Notes: generated by a model not told the origin, from the sequence alone. Counted from the stretch's first letter, positions 27,491 to 44,161 are shown. The stretch: 64,000 nt of DNA from Eledone cirrhosa (GCA_964016885.1 CAXHJY010000349.1:26423-90422); one strand, 5' to 3'. Translations and numbers: made by a program.

Positions 27491-30400
27491 ATTGTTATAC
27501 TTTGGGAGGGTCATGTTGCCAATAAGGAACACACGCACCAGTTGCTTTCACTTCAATTTATTATAATAAATTTATAATAAATTTATAAATTTATAAATTT
27601 CTGGTTGGTTGGTTGGTTCCACAACCAGATAATTGTTTATATATTGTCATAGTTCTTTCGTCACACACTCTGTGACCTCTTCAGTGACTGGGATTCCTTT
27701 CTTTGTTTTTGTGCCTCTCCTTTGTTCTGTTCTAGGCCATTTTGTTTCGGTGTGTGTGTTTTGTGCTCAGTCTGCGCATGCGCCACATCCGGGTGTCTGT
27801 GTGTGTTTATGTTCATTTATTTATTTGTTTATTTACATGTTACTGGTTGGTTGTTTGTTCTATGTGTGTGTGTGTTTTCATTTTGTCCTTAATTGTAAGT
27901 CGTGATGTTGCTGTTCCACTCATATTTTCTATTTAATTTTGGTTGTAATTCTTTTATGTTTATTGCCTCTGTGATTTGTCTAAACATTGCGTCTTTTCTG
28001 TGTGTAGATTCTATTTTTATTTCTATGTTCTCTAATTTACCCTTGTGTTCTATTTTACCATGTAGGTAGCGTACAGATGATTCTTTATTATCTTGAAGGT
28101 CTCGCCAGTGTTCATTTATCCGTTCCCCTACACTACGAGCTGTCTCACCTATGTACACTATATTTTTGTCTCTACATTGTCCTTCTGTACATCTTATGCT
28201 ATACACTACATTTCTAGTTTTACAGTTAATATGGGGGTTTATTTTACAGGATATACATTTCTTATCTATACATGAGGGTCTTTGAAAAGGGTATGTCTTG
28301 CTAATAAGTGTTTTTACGGAGGTACCTGGTCTTTCTACTATCTTAATATTGAGTTCATGTTTATCTAGGGCCCTTCTAAATGTGTAAGCTAATTCACCTC
28401 TAGGGGTTGTATCGATGAACATTACACTCTGGTATTTATTGCTATCATACCATGAGTTTATTCTATTAGCCTTGTTCCTAGTTCTTTCTATTCTATTCCA
28501 AAATTTGCTCCTATACAAGGGGCAGGTCCCATTTATGTCATTATTTACTATCTTTTCCCATTTGGTTCTGGTTCCTCTATACACTCTGATTTTATCTCTC
28601 TGATTGTAGCCTGAGAACTGCATACGGTGGATGAAGTGTTATATGTGTCTCTCTAGTTCTTCGGGGTTGCACATGCGGGTCACGTTTCTCATCACCCGTA
28701 CCAAATCCGCAATCAGTATGTTAATTTTGGTATGGTCCGAAACGGCGGAGTTTCGGTGGATCAGATGTTTGGAAGTCATGGGTTTGGCATAATGGGAATG
28801 GAGGATTGGTTTTTTGTTATTAATGGTATCTAACCAGAGCTCTGTGTCTAGTACAGGTAATCGATGGTTGGTGTGTTTACTTGGGTAGTCTATAGTAACT
28901 CTAATGCTCTGGTGGATGGAGTTAGCTATTTCCTGGAGGCTTTCCATTGTGTTTTTCTCTAGTTCCTGACTGTTCTCTAGTGTGGGTGTCTTAACTACGA
29001 TGTTTATATCATCAACGTAGCGGGAGTACATTATCAGGGTTAAGGGGTCTTCTAATTGTTCTTTAAGTTTAAGATTAAGTCTACTGTCCGACCATAACAT
29101 TAATAAGTTAGCTATGTCGCCTGCAATGCTAACACCAATGGCTGCTCCTTCCTCTTGGGCATATGTTTTTCCATTAAATTTGAACATATGTTCCTTAAGG
29201 GTTAGCTTTATGTTGGCCCCTACCGCATGTGCAATTATTTTCTTCAGTTCATCGTGGTTTTCGGGTGTCCGTATGGCTCTGGTCCACCCGTTGCATCTAT
29301 CTGTGTGGGTTTTCTTGGCCATTGAGGTAATGGTAGGTGGTCTGCCTCTTGCTGGTCTTGTAAGGCACAGGTTGCTAAGGTCATATGTGTCTAGGTAATT
29401 ATTACTATAGGTAAGTTTAAGTAGGAGTCCCAGCTCACTGGTATCAATCCCACGGAACTCAACATTGCTCTCACTGATCATTTCTACGCATTTCTCCATA
29501 GCAAAATCCACGTCAATAGATGGATACAGGGACACAACATCCATACTACCTATTATGCAGTTTGTTAGGTCTCTAGATCGGTTACTCACGCCGATTCTGC
29601 TGAGGAGGTCGTCCGTGCTGTCACATACATCTGGGGACATTTCAATGATGGGGCGTATGATCAGGGAGAGGAAGTAGGACAGTCTGTAGTTACTAGCAAT
29701 GTTAGCTCCACAGACTGGCCGTGTTGGTGGTCCCGCGAGAGGGTCACTGCCCGTTTTATGGTCTTTTCTAAGCCCATACAACGCCGGCACGTCATTATTC
29801 CAGGCCTGGAAGTTGTTGGCAGTCCTTTTGTTGGGCTGCATTATATTCGTCCACATCACCATATGGGCATTGAGGGCTTTTTCTCTATCCTCATGCTCTT
29901 GTGGTGTTACCTCTCTTGTGTTAGTGATGTGGGGTTGCATTGCCTGGATGTAGTTTGGCAGGCTGTCAACCGACATTCTGCCAGACTTGTCTGTTGGAAA
30001 GCATGCTATCTCTCCATTACGCGAGCGCTGCATGAGCTTACGCAAGCCATTTGCATATTTTTCTCCCAGCTGCTGGGCCTCCATTCTATTATGCTTCTTG
30101 CTATACTGTTCTATAATATTTCTAAGTTCGGATCCCGAGTTTACACCAACACCATCAACACCGATGTAAGAAGATTACAACTCACCAAAAAACAAGCAGA
30201 TAGGCTAAAACGAACACTAATTCTAAACATAAAAAAGAAGATCTATAGAGAATTAAGTCATCAAGAAAAACATAAGCGTAACCTAATACAAGAAATAGCT
30301 AGGATCACCACACGAAGAGAGAAACTAATATTTATAAGCCTTATACGTCCTGAAGAACAGTACATTACTCAAGAATGTGATAAGCACTTTAACAAGAAAC

Positions 30401-30718
30401 TAAAGTGGCTTAAGCAGATAAACCTAAATCAGGATACTGTAGAGAATACCAATAGATATCCCGACAAAATTGACGGTATAAATATGGCCGACACCTCATT
30501 AACAGATGAGTTCAACAACAACACAAATATATACGGCAACACGATAATAGATGACGATGAGTTATCTGTATTACGTCTACCACCGAAATTTGCGACATTC
30601 AAGAAGGTAAATATGATTAGTTGTCTGTCATAAATAGAAAAAATCATTTACAAAACTACGCTGGAGCCTCAAAAACAAAAACAAAAACAAAAGTAACAAT
30701 ATACGCAGACAACAGACA
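27491..30718 (-). mobile_element. CCHH-type (Neptune/Nematis-like) PLE, nearly complete, with N-terminal part inverted (about 30140-30718, +)
   Basis: RT plus GIY-YIG on the minus strand; HHR at 27647-27689; the plus piece encodes DDELSVLRLPPKFA, a typical PLE N-terminal motif. Confidence 0.9.
27889..30135 (-). pseudogene. PLE RT plus GIY-YIG ORF (one in-frame TAA at 28639-28641)
   Basis: PTDKSG, YGLRKDHK, PPTRPV, SMDVVSLYPSID, QEEGAAIG, YSRYVDD, LPVLD, NVVYSIRC..C..YIGETARS.ER.EH..H..H. Confidence 0.92.
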
Positions 30719-30719
30719 G

Positions 30720-32675
30720 GATAAATTTGGATTTAAAACCTATAATAACCCCCCGTGGAACCCAGCATTGCTACCCTTCGAAAATGATGTCTTGGAACTC
30801 ATTCGGAGTATCAAATTTCGGAATAGCAGCAATTCCTTCCAGCAAGACCTGAAGAATAGAATTCGTTCTATTAAGGATTCTAATGCCGTGGACGTCCATT
30901 CCGACAAAACTGGCAACCTATATCAAGTGGAGCGCAGTACTTATCATCAACTACTACATAATGCTGTAACTAAGGATTACCGTAAAACTAATCGGTGCGT
31001 CATCAATGAAATCAACGATGCTGGGTTTAAAATCACATCTGATCTCAACATCCTGGACCGGACCGAACCTCTGGACCCTATTTCTCCCCACTTTACCCTG
31101 AAGGATCACAAATCCAATTTTCCGAACAACCCCTCTATTCGGCATATTAACCCTACGAAGTCCGATTTAGGTAGACTTAGTAAAACGATTCTTGATAGAA
31201 TTATACCTGAAATTAGAAGTTTGGCCCCTCTTGCACTGTGGAACAATTCTTTCGCGGTGATTGATTGGTTCAACGGCATATGTAACAAGGAACATTGCCG
31301 TTTTATCCAATTCGACATCAACAATTACTACTCCTCCATCACTTCACCACTTCTCCTTAGAGCTATCAATTTCGCTAAAACACTCACAGTGGTTAAGGAT
31401 TTTGAAGTTGATGGCATCCTCAATGCCCGAAAGTCGGTGATTAATTTCAACGACTCTATTTGGATTAAAAAATCCAATAGTACCCTATTCGACGTGAGTA
31501 TAGGCGCCAGTGATTCTGCGGAGGTTTCTGATCTTATTGGCCTTTTCCTTCTTTTCTCTATCAAGGACGAATTCCCCAACGCGGGCGGTGGTTTGTACCG
31601 TGACGATGGTCTTATGACCATGACTAAGCGCGGACCTCGTGCTTGCGACAGGTTCAGAAAAGAACTCACAGCCTTCTTTAAAGGCTTCAACCTCTCTATA
31701 CAGGTTGAGGCCAATCTCTCGGTCGTTAATTACCTCGACGTTACCCTCAATTTATTGAATGGGTTGTATTACCCGTATAGAAAGCCGAATGATACGCTTA
31801 ATTACATAAGTAAGCATTCCAACCATCCTGCCAGCATAACCAAGAACCTGGTACGAAACGTTTCGTTGAGGCTTTCCCGTCTTTCCACCAACGACCATTC
31901 CACTTATTACAATGAAGCTCTTGCTCGAAGTGGATTTGTCGATAAGGTAGCATATACAGAGTACGATAATAGACCTAAAAGTAATAGACCCCATCGCATT
32001 TGTTGGTATAACCCACCATATAATATGGAGGTGGCCACACCATTAGCTAAGATCTTTCTTTCCCTTATTACGAAGCATTTTCCCCCTACACATAAATATA
32101 GTAAAATTTTTAATAGAAATACTATTAAAATTTCTTACTCTACGACTCCTAACCTTGCACATAACATCACAGCTTCAAATTTAGCTAAACTACCTAGCCG
32201 TAGGAACACGTGCAACCCTGTAGTTAGTACCAACTGTAATTGTAAGAATCGGGTTGATTGCCCCCTATACGGGAAATGCCTCTCTAGCAACATTGTCTAC
32301 AAATGTAAGGTTGTAACACCCACGTCCCGTATGGCTTACATAGGGTTAACCGCCAATAGTTTCAAGCAGCGTCTTTACATGCATACCCATTCTTTTCGTT
32401 ACCCTCTAAGAAGGAATATGACGTCACTTTCAGTTTATATCTGGAGTCTAAAAGACAACCACACCCAATATAAGTTACACTGGGAGATCCTAGCTAGGGC
32501 TAGATCGTATAACGGAAATTAAAGACCATGTGACCTCTGCGCCTCTGAGGCCCTGGAAATACTCTACGCCACAGACCACATCTTAAACAAAAAATCTGAG
32601 GCAATTTCGGCTTGAAAACATAAATTGCACAAAACTTTCCTGTATTACAGCCCCACGTTATACCCTAACGGATAG
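30720..32675 (+). pseudogene. PLE RT plus GIY-YIG ORF (stops at 32520 TAA and 32613 TGA)
   Basis: SDKTGN, TLKDHK, IQFDINNYYSSI, IGASDSAEVSDL, LYRDDGL, NYLDVTL, CNC..CPL.G.C, VYKC..YIG, then past the stop PCDLC..E..LNK..A*KH. Confidence 0.92.
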
Positions 32676-33217
32676 GACGATCTAAACGTGGATATTTTAC
32701 GTCTTGATGTGGGAGCTAAGTATATGTTTTGTTTATACCTTTACTTATTTGCATAGGTAAGTATATATTACCCGTATGTTTTGTGAATGTACGTATAATT
32801 TTTATATATTCTGGTACATATGGTCTGGCTATGTGTATACGGGAGTTTTGCGTCTGTGTGAGTATGCAGGTTCGTAAGTTTGGTGGGTGTGTGTATATGT
32901 GTACTTCTTGTTTTTGTTGACTTACGTCTCCGAACATTCGTGTATTTATATGTAGGTATGTGTGTGCGCTTGTTATATACGTATTTATTTATTTATATAC
33001 GTTTATATAATTATTTATTTATTTGTATACACGCATACACACACATATTTATATGTGCGGGGTTTTGTATACCTATGGTAAGTTTTTGCGTATGCTTGTG
33101 TATGTACGTATTTGTTTGCGTGTATGTATTTATTTATTTCTATTACTTCTGTATTGTATTTATTTACTTTGTTCTTAACTCTGTAGCGGAGATTCATTTG
33201 GTCTCCTAGTTAGAATT

Positions 33218-33490
33218 TTAGTCTACGACTTCTGCTATACCATTTACGTGATTTTGTCTTTGCGTGTTATTGTTCTCCACACTCCACATATGACGTATTA
33301 TCTTCGTTTTTTCGTTCATTGTCAGAGAACGTCTCAATGCACCACCTAAGAGAACATTAGTCTACGACCTCTTTTATACCATAAACGTGGTTCTGTCTTT
33401 GCGCGTAATTGTTTTTCACCGCTCCTATTAATGACGTATTATATCCGTTTTTTCCCGTTCTTTGCAAGCGAACGTTTCCACGAACCAAAG
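33218..33490 (+). repeat. Two diverged ~139-bp tandem units in the PLE 3' UTR
   Basis: ttagtctacgac..atacc..acgtg..tgtctttgcg..atgacgtatta..gaacgt starts at 33218 and at 33357. Confidence 0.8.
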
Positions 33491-33759
33491 TATCGTCTTC
33501 CTGTCTTCCTCCGGTTGCAACGTTTTTTGAAATATCCAGTTCTGCGTTTACAGATTGACTATGTTAGTTTCAGAAGATCCCGTTAAGGGTGAAAGCAGCG
33601 ATTCTTTGCATAAACTTTAATCTGTTATTTTAATAAATATAAATATATATATAAATATATATATATATATAAATATATATATAAATATATATATATAAAT
33701 ATATATATATATTTATATATATATATATAAATCATAATCTATAATATATATATATAAAT

Positions 33760-33790
<31 letters not shown>

Positions 33791-33862
33791 AATCATAATC
33801 TATGATATATATATATAAATATATATAAATATATATATATATAAATATATATATATATAAAT

Positions 33863-33921
<59 letters not shown>

Positions 33922-34035
33922 TATATCTATAAAAATATATATATATAAAAATATATATATATATATCTATATATATATATCTATATAAATATATATATAT
34001 ATAAAAATATATATATATAAAAATATATATATATA

Positions 34036-34116
<81 letters not shown>

Positions 34117-34121
34117 TTTTG

Positions 34122-34541
34122 AGTATATGTTGGCTGTATACCAACACCTCAGTATGCAGGCTGGAGCACACGACGAAGTGCGCAGGTTGGTTTGGTTACT
34201 CCGGAGTAATGTAAAATAAAGTTAAATAAAAAATCAAATGTTTTAAATTTAGCTTCGTTTATTACTGCTATATATATTTCAGTGACAGCCATCAGTGATA
34301 GACTGTGGTATAGGAAATGGAATCATATGATTCCAGTTCCTCAGTGAAATAACAACCCAACAAGGAACTCGGCATATCAGAGTATTGACAAAATGATACA
34401 CCTCAACAACATATGTACTTGTCTATACCACACTAATTCGGACTGTCTGAAGAGGTCACAGACAAAGATGGTTGTCACTGAAATATATATAGCAGTAATA
34501 AACGAAGTTAAATTTTAAAAATTTGACTTTTTATTTAACTT

Positions 34542-34543
<2 letters not shown>
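34122..34543. mobile_element. Family D two-ended insertion with HHR at 34442-34496 (+)
   Basis: 34215-34293 is inverted relative to 34467-34543; actgt-CTGAAGA-stem-GAAA-TATATA-TA-gcagt. Confidence 0.8.
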
Positions 34544-34577
<34 letters not shown>

Positions 34578-34586
34578 AATCATAAT

Positions 34587-34674
<88 letters not shown>

Positions 34675-34689
34675 AATATATATATATAC

Positions 34690-34796
<107 letters not shown>

Positions 34797-34844
34797 AGAC
34801 GTAAAATAAGAAAATTATAAAATTAACTTACTTACTAAAATATC

Positions 34845-34927
34845 ACTTCCAACTAATTAGTTTCTGGAATGGAGTAAATATATTTTCCGAAGAATAATAT
34901 AAAGAAGCATTCCGTCGTCAGGAAAGT
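34845..34927 (-). ncRNA. HHR with 50-nt stem II and C.A closing pair, in a ~400-bp insert (34794-35196)
   Basis: actttc-CTGACGA-c.ggaatg...cattcc.a-GAAA-CTAATTAG-TT-ggaagt. Confidence 0.7.
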
Positions 34928-35197
34928 CTATTCTCATGTAAGTTTCCAGGCAAAGCGAGGACACTGGAAACTTATTAAAAAATAATTCAGTGGATAGGAA
35001 ATGGCGAAGCGTGGACTGAATTACAAGCCATTGAGAAAATCACTGCCTCTACGTCTGTGGCAAATTCAAAAAGATTCGAACACGTGACATCGAGGTCAAT
35101 CAGTGGAAAGTGGTTTGCTTATAAGACAGCGGCCTGCCTACAACCGTAGCAGCAGTCATGGCCAATATTGCTCGACAAATAATTTGGAGATAATAAT

Positions 35198-35228
<31 letters not shown>

Positions 35229-35229
35229 C

Positions 35230-35334
<105 letters not shown>

Positions 35335-35374
35335 TATATATATACATATATAAATATATATATATACATTTATA

Positions 35375-35476
<102 letters not shown>

Positions 35477-35543
35477 AATATGTATATATACATATATATA
35501 TATATAAATATATAAATATATACACATATATATATATATATAA

Positions 35544-35577
<34 letters not shown>

Positions 35578-35600
35578 TTATATATGTATATATATATATT

Positions 35601-35631
<31 letters not shown>

Positions 35632-35711
35632 TTATATATATATATGTATATATATATATTTATATATATATATATATATATAAATATATATATATACATA
35701 TATATATATAA

Positions 35712-35742
<31 letters not shown>

Positions 35743-35765
35743 AATATATATATATACATATATAA

Positions 35766-35801
<36 letters not shown>

Positions 35802-35838
35802 TTATATATATATATATATGTGTATATACTTATATATT

Positions 35839-35871
<33 letters not shown>

Positions 35872-35872
35872 T

Positions 35873-35907
<35 letters not shown>

Positions 35908-35938
35908 TTATATATATATATATATATATATATACATT

Positions 35939-36020
<82 letters not shown>

Positions 36021-36069
36021 AATATATATATATACATATATATATACATAAATATATATATATATATAA

Positions 36070-36102
<33 letters not shown>

Positions 36103-36141
36103 AATATATAAATATATACACATATATATATATATATATAA

Positions 36142-36189
<48 letters not shown>

Positions 36190-36256
36190 GTATATATATA
36201 TATTTATATATATATATGTATATATATATATTTATATATATATATGTATATATATA

Positions 36257-36358
<102 letters not shown>

Positions 36359-36395
36359 TATATATATACATATATATATATAAATATATATATAT

Positions 36396-37296
36396 AAAAA
36401 CAAATAACGAAACGAAATTAAATTTCGTTTCGCCTCTAACTCACTTTTGTATGACTGACGCTTAAACAATTAAATTAAAGTGTACATCTACATATGTATA
36501 CGGAAGTATTAGTATGCATATAAATACACACATGTATACATATGTACATGTACTGAGTTTTTCACTAGACACTTTACAGTGAGTGTCAGCTAGTCTGTAT
36601 GTAACCACACAGACGGACCGGGTTTTAGAGTCATACGAGTTTTCAAGGAAACACATTTCCTCTATTCTCCAGAGAGCCAGACAGGAATATTGGACTAGTT
36701 TCGATGTTATTACATCTCATAAGCAATATTTACCCATCTTCCGGCTTCTCTGGAGAATTGTAAAAGCGCATATCGTTATATGCTTTTTCTATGAAAATTA
36801 GTAGTGGGTAGACTAATTTGCATAGAACGTGAGTCATTGTACGCACCGGTTCAGCGGAAACGATAAAAACAAATAACGAAACGAAATTAAATTTCGTTTC
36901 GCTTCTAACTCACTTTTGTATGACTGACGCTTAAACAATTAAGTTAAAGTGTACATCTACATATGTATACGGAAGTATTAGTATGCATATAAATACACAC
37001 ATGTATACATATGTACATGTACTGAGTTTTTCACTAGACACTTTACAGTGAGTGTCAGCTAGTCTGTATGTAACCACACAGACGGACCGGGTTTTAGAGT
37101 CATACGAGTTTTCAAGGAAACACATTTCCTCTATTCTCCAGAGAGCCAGACAGGAATATTGGACTAGTTTCGATGTTATTACATTTCATCAGCAATATTT
37201 ACCCATCTTCCGGCTTCTCTGGAGAATTGTAAAAGCACATATCGTTATATGCTTTTTCTATGAAAATTAGTAGTGGGTAGACTAATTTGCATAGAA
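36396..37296 (-). mobile_element. Retrozyme-like tandem repeat, 469-bp monomer x1.9, with extended HHRs at 36665-36757 (core mutated to CTTATGA) and 37134-37226
   Basis: Period 469; aatattg-CTGATGA-aatgt AATA acatc-GAAA-CTAG-TC-caatatt with distal stem ttctccagagaagccgg/ctggctctctggagaa. Confidence 0.85.
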
Positions 37297-38620
37297 CGGA
37301 GCAATTTATTAATGCATGGACAGTTATATGACCTCCTTTTCAGCCGAGAGACATACCAATACATATTCAAACATTGATACATATTCAAACATTGTGGGTC
37401 AACATTCATTACAGAATTTAGAGTGGCAGTACACACTTCGAGATTACATTTATATTAATAGGTACAATCAAAAATCAAAGATATAGGTTAAAGGAGGACT
37501 GCGGATTGACCTTTGGCCTGCCTGGGGACGATTATCTTTCGACATCCAATGTAGCAAGCGATGACCCAGATCTTACCAGAGATCATTGGGTCCTGAAGCA
37601 ATCCTGCAATCACCGCGCCTGGTCATATGAGCAGACTACAACCACAGAGATCATTAATTTAGAATCCTCGCTCATCATCTATAATTTCCATTTGTAGCAC
37701 CTTAAGATGGGTTAATCCACCATAATAATATGATCACCTTCAGTATAACTTAGTTAAACTACTCTATAGTTAATACACTTTATGCTTTAAAAGTCTCTCT
37801 TGGAAGGTGCACTTCACCATAGAATTTAGGGTCTATATTGGGACACATTTTAATGGCTAGATATAGAAACCCCAGAGTTACCTCCCCGCATGCATTAACT
37901 CCCCTTAGCCACACACACACTTCCGGTATTCAATGGCGTTTCTCGAAACGTAACAACCTCCTGTATCGAACTAAAGAACACCAGACTATGATCTCTAACT
38001 GGATTGTCGTGGATTATGTGAAAGGCATATAATCGAAATATACACTCCCTTGACCATGGAAATGCCGAAGTACATGAATTACTTGACATCCCTGCGCTGT
38101 GCATCTCCAATACTTATAACACTTTTAATGCTTGCACTATCTTTAATGCTTATAATATTTCTCCACACACAGACTATATCAATCATATAAAGATTTTGCC
38201 ACTAGATCTACCAACCTAACACTCTTATTTACCTACCTAAGTGCCTCTACCACACATATCTCTCTGCCTCACTATATAAACAAGACGCACATGCGTGCCA
38301 CACATATAACATTTGCACTATATAACCACTTATCTTCATGTTGTACTTTAACCTATATCTTTGATTTTTGATTGTACCTATTAATATAAATGTAATCTCG
38401 AAGTGTGTACTGCCACTCTAAATTCTGTAATGAATGTTGACCCACAATGTTTGAATATGTATCAATGTTTGAATATGTATTGGTATGTCTCTCGGCTGAA
38501 AAGGAGGTCATATAACTGTCCATGCATTAATAAATTGCTCCGAAGAATCCAAATCTCGGTTTGGAGGAAACAGCTGTAAGCACAATAATGTTTTGAACAG
38601 TTCTTTGATTCTTATATTTC
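37297..38620 (+). mobile_element. Family B PLE fragment with inverted 5' piece and HHR-like motif at 38536-38582
   Basis: 37297-37490 is the reverse complement of 38349-38542; degenerate VYIG..RYRN remnant near 37830; tgct-CCGAAGA-stem-GAAA-CAGCTG-TA-agca. Confidence 0.75.
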
Positions 38621-38673
<53 letters not shown>

Positions 38674-38740
38674 CATATATATATATAATATATATATATT
38701 TATAGATATATATATACATATATATATATACATATATATT

Positions 38741-38797
<57 letters not shown>

Positions 38798-38893
38798 TAT
38801 TTATATATATATATATAAATATATTTATATATACTCTTTTACTCTTTTACCTGTTTCAGCCATCCGGCTGAGGCCATGCTAGGGCACCGCCCT

Positions 38894-38928
<35 letters not shown>

Positions 38929-39013
38929 ATATATATATAAATATATTTATATATATATAGTTTCCGTAAACTCTTGGTAGATTTATCTACATATATATGT
39001 ATATATATATATG

Positions 39014-39231
<218 letters not shown>

Positions 39232-39359
39232 CATATATATATAAATATATTTATATATATATATATATGTATATTTATAAATATATTTATATATATATAT
39301 ATATATAAATATATTTATATATATATATATAAATATATTTATATATATATATATAAATA

Positions 39360-39460
<101 letters not shown>

Positions 39461-40020
39461 GAAAAATATGGGGAGAAGAATACTGCATGGTTGCACATGG
39501 ATTACATGTTATAAAATGAGTCCCTCATCAGTGATTTGCCAACGATCATTGGTATTTCATCGCATTAAAAATCATATACGAAAAATCATATGCGAAAATA
39601 ACTAAAATAAGTTATTAGGACAATTGAAACGCGTAAAGCGAGTGAGACAAGTAAACAACACTGGGGAAAACTAACCGAAGATAGAAAGAACACAAGCAAC
39701 ATGGTTATTCTGTCAGTATAAGCTGGGTGAATATATGAGCGAGTAAGAAATAGACCTTCCGCTAGTGAATCCGATGTAAGAAAGAAGGAAAATCGTTTTC
39801 GTAGCGAACGGGGGGAAGTGAGAAAGGGAGAAACAGAGAGTGAGTGAGTGGAAGTGCGAGGAAGAGGTCAGTAGAGAGAAAGTTTTAACTGATATGAGAG
39901 GGACGAAAGAAAGTAAGAGAAACAGAGAGACCGAGGGAGCAGTTAGAGAGAAAGAGAGAAACACAGAATCGCAGTTTAGGTAAATATATATACTTATATA
40001 TATATATAAATATATATATT

Positions 40021-40073
<53 letters not shown>

Positions 40074-40138
40074 GTATATATATATATATGTATATATATA
40101 TTTATATATATATATGTATATGTATATATATATGTATG

Positions 40139-40177
<39 letters not shown>

Positions 40178-40312
40178 AATATAAATATATGTAAATATAT
40201 ATATAAATATATATATAAATATAAATATATATATAAATATAAATATATATATAAATATATATATATATATAAATATATATATATATAAATATATATAAAT
40301 ATATATATATAA

Positions 40313-40382
<70 letters not shown>

Positions 40383-40387
<5 letters not shown>

Positions 40388-40998
40388 TATAAGTATGTAC
40401 ACGTACATACATATATGTATACAGACGTACAGTAGTATGTATATATATATACATACATGCACACATATATATATGTACGTATGGATTCACCGAACATTTA
40501 TTACAATGCTCGGTGTGTTTGCAAACAAACATCCCGTATTAAGCCGTAGTGTCTAGCAACCACCGTTGCTCGTTTGTTCAACACTGACAAAGGAACGCTG
40601 TACTAGTTTCAAGCTTATTAGCTATCGTCAGCAACGTATACCTTCCTGCCAGATTGTTGAACGTATATACTTACCTTATGCATATTAACGGCTGAGTAGC
40701 CCAATTTGCATATCGAGTGGGTTAATCGGCCGGGTGCACCGAAAACGATAAACGGAAAAAAAATGAAACGAAATTTCATTTCCCACTCTTAGTACGGCTG
40801 TTACTTAAATATAAGTATGTACACGTACATACATATATGTATACAGACGTACAGTAGTATGTATATATATATACATACATGCACACATATATATATGTAC
40901 GTATGGATTCACCGAACATTTATTACAATGCTCGGTGTGTTTGTAAACAAACATCCCGTATTAAGCAGTAGTGTCTAGCAACCACCGTTGCTCGTTTG
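40383..40998 (-). mobile_element. Retrozyme-like tandem repeat, 422-bp monomer x1.45, with extended HHR at 40576-40662
   Basis: Period 422; acgttg-CTGACGA-t.agct AATA agct.t-GAAA-CTAG-TA-cagcgt with distal stem gttcaaca..ctggca/tgtcag.tgttgaac. Confidence 0.85.
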
Positions 40999-42827
<1,829 letters not shown>

Positions 42828-42830
42828 AAT

Positions 42831-42929
<99 letters not shown>

Positions 42930-42948
42930 AATATATATATATATAAAT

Positions 42949-42980
<32 letters not shown>

Positions 42981-42991
42981 TAAATATATAT

Positions 42992-43024
<33 letters not shown>

Positions 43025-43065
43025 ATTATATATATATATAAATACATATATATATATATATAAAT

Positions 43066-43096
<31 letters not shown>

Positions 43097-43157
43097 AATA
43101 TATAAATATATATATATAAATATATAAATATAAATATATATATATATAAATATTATA

Positions 43158-43189
<32 letters not shown>

Positions 43190-43249
43190 AATATATAAAT
43201 ATATATATATAAATATATAAATATAAATATATATATATATAAATATATA

Positions 43250-43283
<34 letters not shown>

Positions 43284-43298
43284 AATATATATAAATAT

Positions 43299-43329
<31 letters not shown>

Positions 43330-43417
43330 AACATATATATAAATATATATATATATCAATATATAAATATATATATAATTATATATATATAAATATATAT
43401 ATATATAAATAATATAA

Positions 43418-43462
<45 letters not shown>

Positions 43463-43493
43463 TATATAAATATATATAAAAATATATATATAA

Positions 43494-43573
<80 letters not shown>

Positions 43574-43576
<3 letters not shown>

Positions 43577-43995
43577 GGAGGTGAGTTTTATTGTAGTACA
43601 ATAAAGCAATGCAGATATCGGATAAGAAGCACTCTACAGTTTGTAGGACTGGAGTATACATAATATAAGATCAAAAGATGGTTAAAGGAGTTCCATGTAT
43701 TTTATTATGCGCATTTCAAAAACAAACATCATCATGCAATAATATTTGTGTTTTCATCAGATAAAACAGGAAAACAAGATATGAAGGCTAAAAAACACTT
43801 GTGGATAGTGCAGTTTTAAATCAACATATGTTGATTTAAAACTGCACTATCCACAAGTGTTTTTTAGCCTTCATATCATGTTCTCCTGTTTTATCTGATG
43901 AAAACACAAATATTATGGCATGATGATGTTTGTTTTTGAAATGCGCATAATAAAATACATGGAACTCCTTTAACCATCTTTTGATCTTATATTAT
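43574..43995. mobile_element. Family F near-perfect palindrome with HHRs at 43699-43767 (-) and 43888-43956 (+)
   Basis: Centre caacatatgttg at about 43827, ~167-bp arms; gttttat-CTGATGA-stem-GAAA-TGCGCA-TA-ataaaat. Confidence 0.88.
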
Positions 43996-44120
43996 ATATA
44001 AATATATATATATATATAAATATATAAATATATATATATATTTATATATATAAAAACCTATAGAAACATATCAAAACATATACAGACATAAGCAAATACG
44101 TATACACACTCACATATATC

Positions 44121-44161
<41 letters not shown>

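Larger units (their letters stand above)
30718..33640 (+). mobile_element. Hydra-like PLE, near full-length
   Basis: RT and GIY-YIG ORF followed by a ~1-kb 3' UTR ending at taataaatat in (TA)n; terminus shared with 9505-9710 and 56826-57008. Confidence 0.9.

Noticed and set aside
29758-30633. 291-aa ORF as a host gene
   Set aside because: First half is antisense to the PLE RT and second half is the inverted PLE N-terminus.
33285-33480. SECIS candidates starting at ATGAC in the 3' UTR repeats
   Set aside because: No apical AA at 11-13 nt and no properly placed 3' GA.
33560-33610. HHR at CAGAAGA..GAAA
   Set aside because: U4 is altered and there is no pairing stem I or clear cleavage triplet; not counted.
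39470-39985. CTGATGA on the minus strand (39525-39531) and GAAACGCGTA on the plus strand (39626)
   Set aside because: The two half-cores are on opposite strands and cannot form one ribozyme; the segment is left unannotated.
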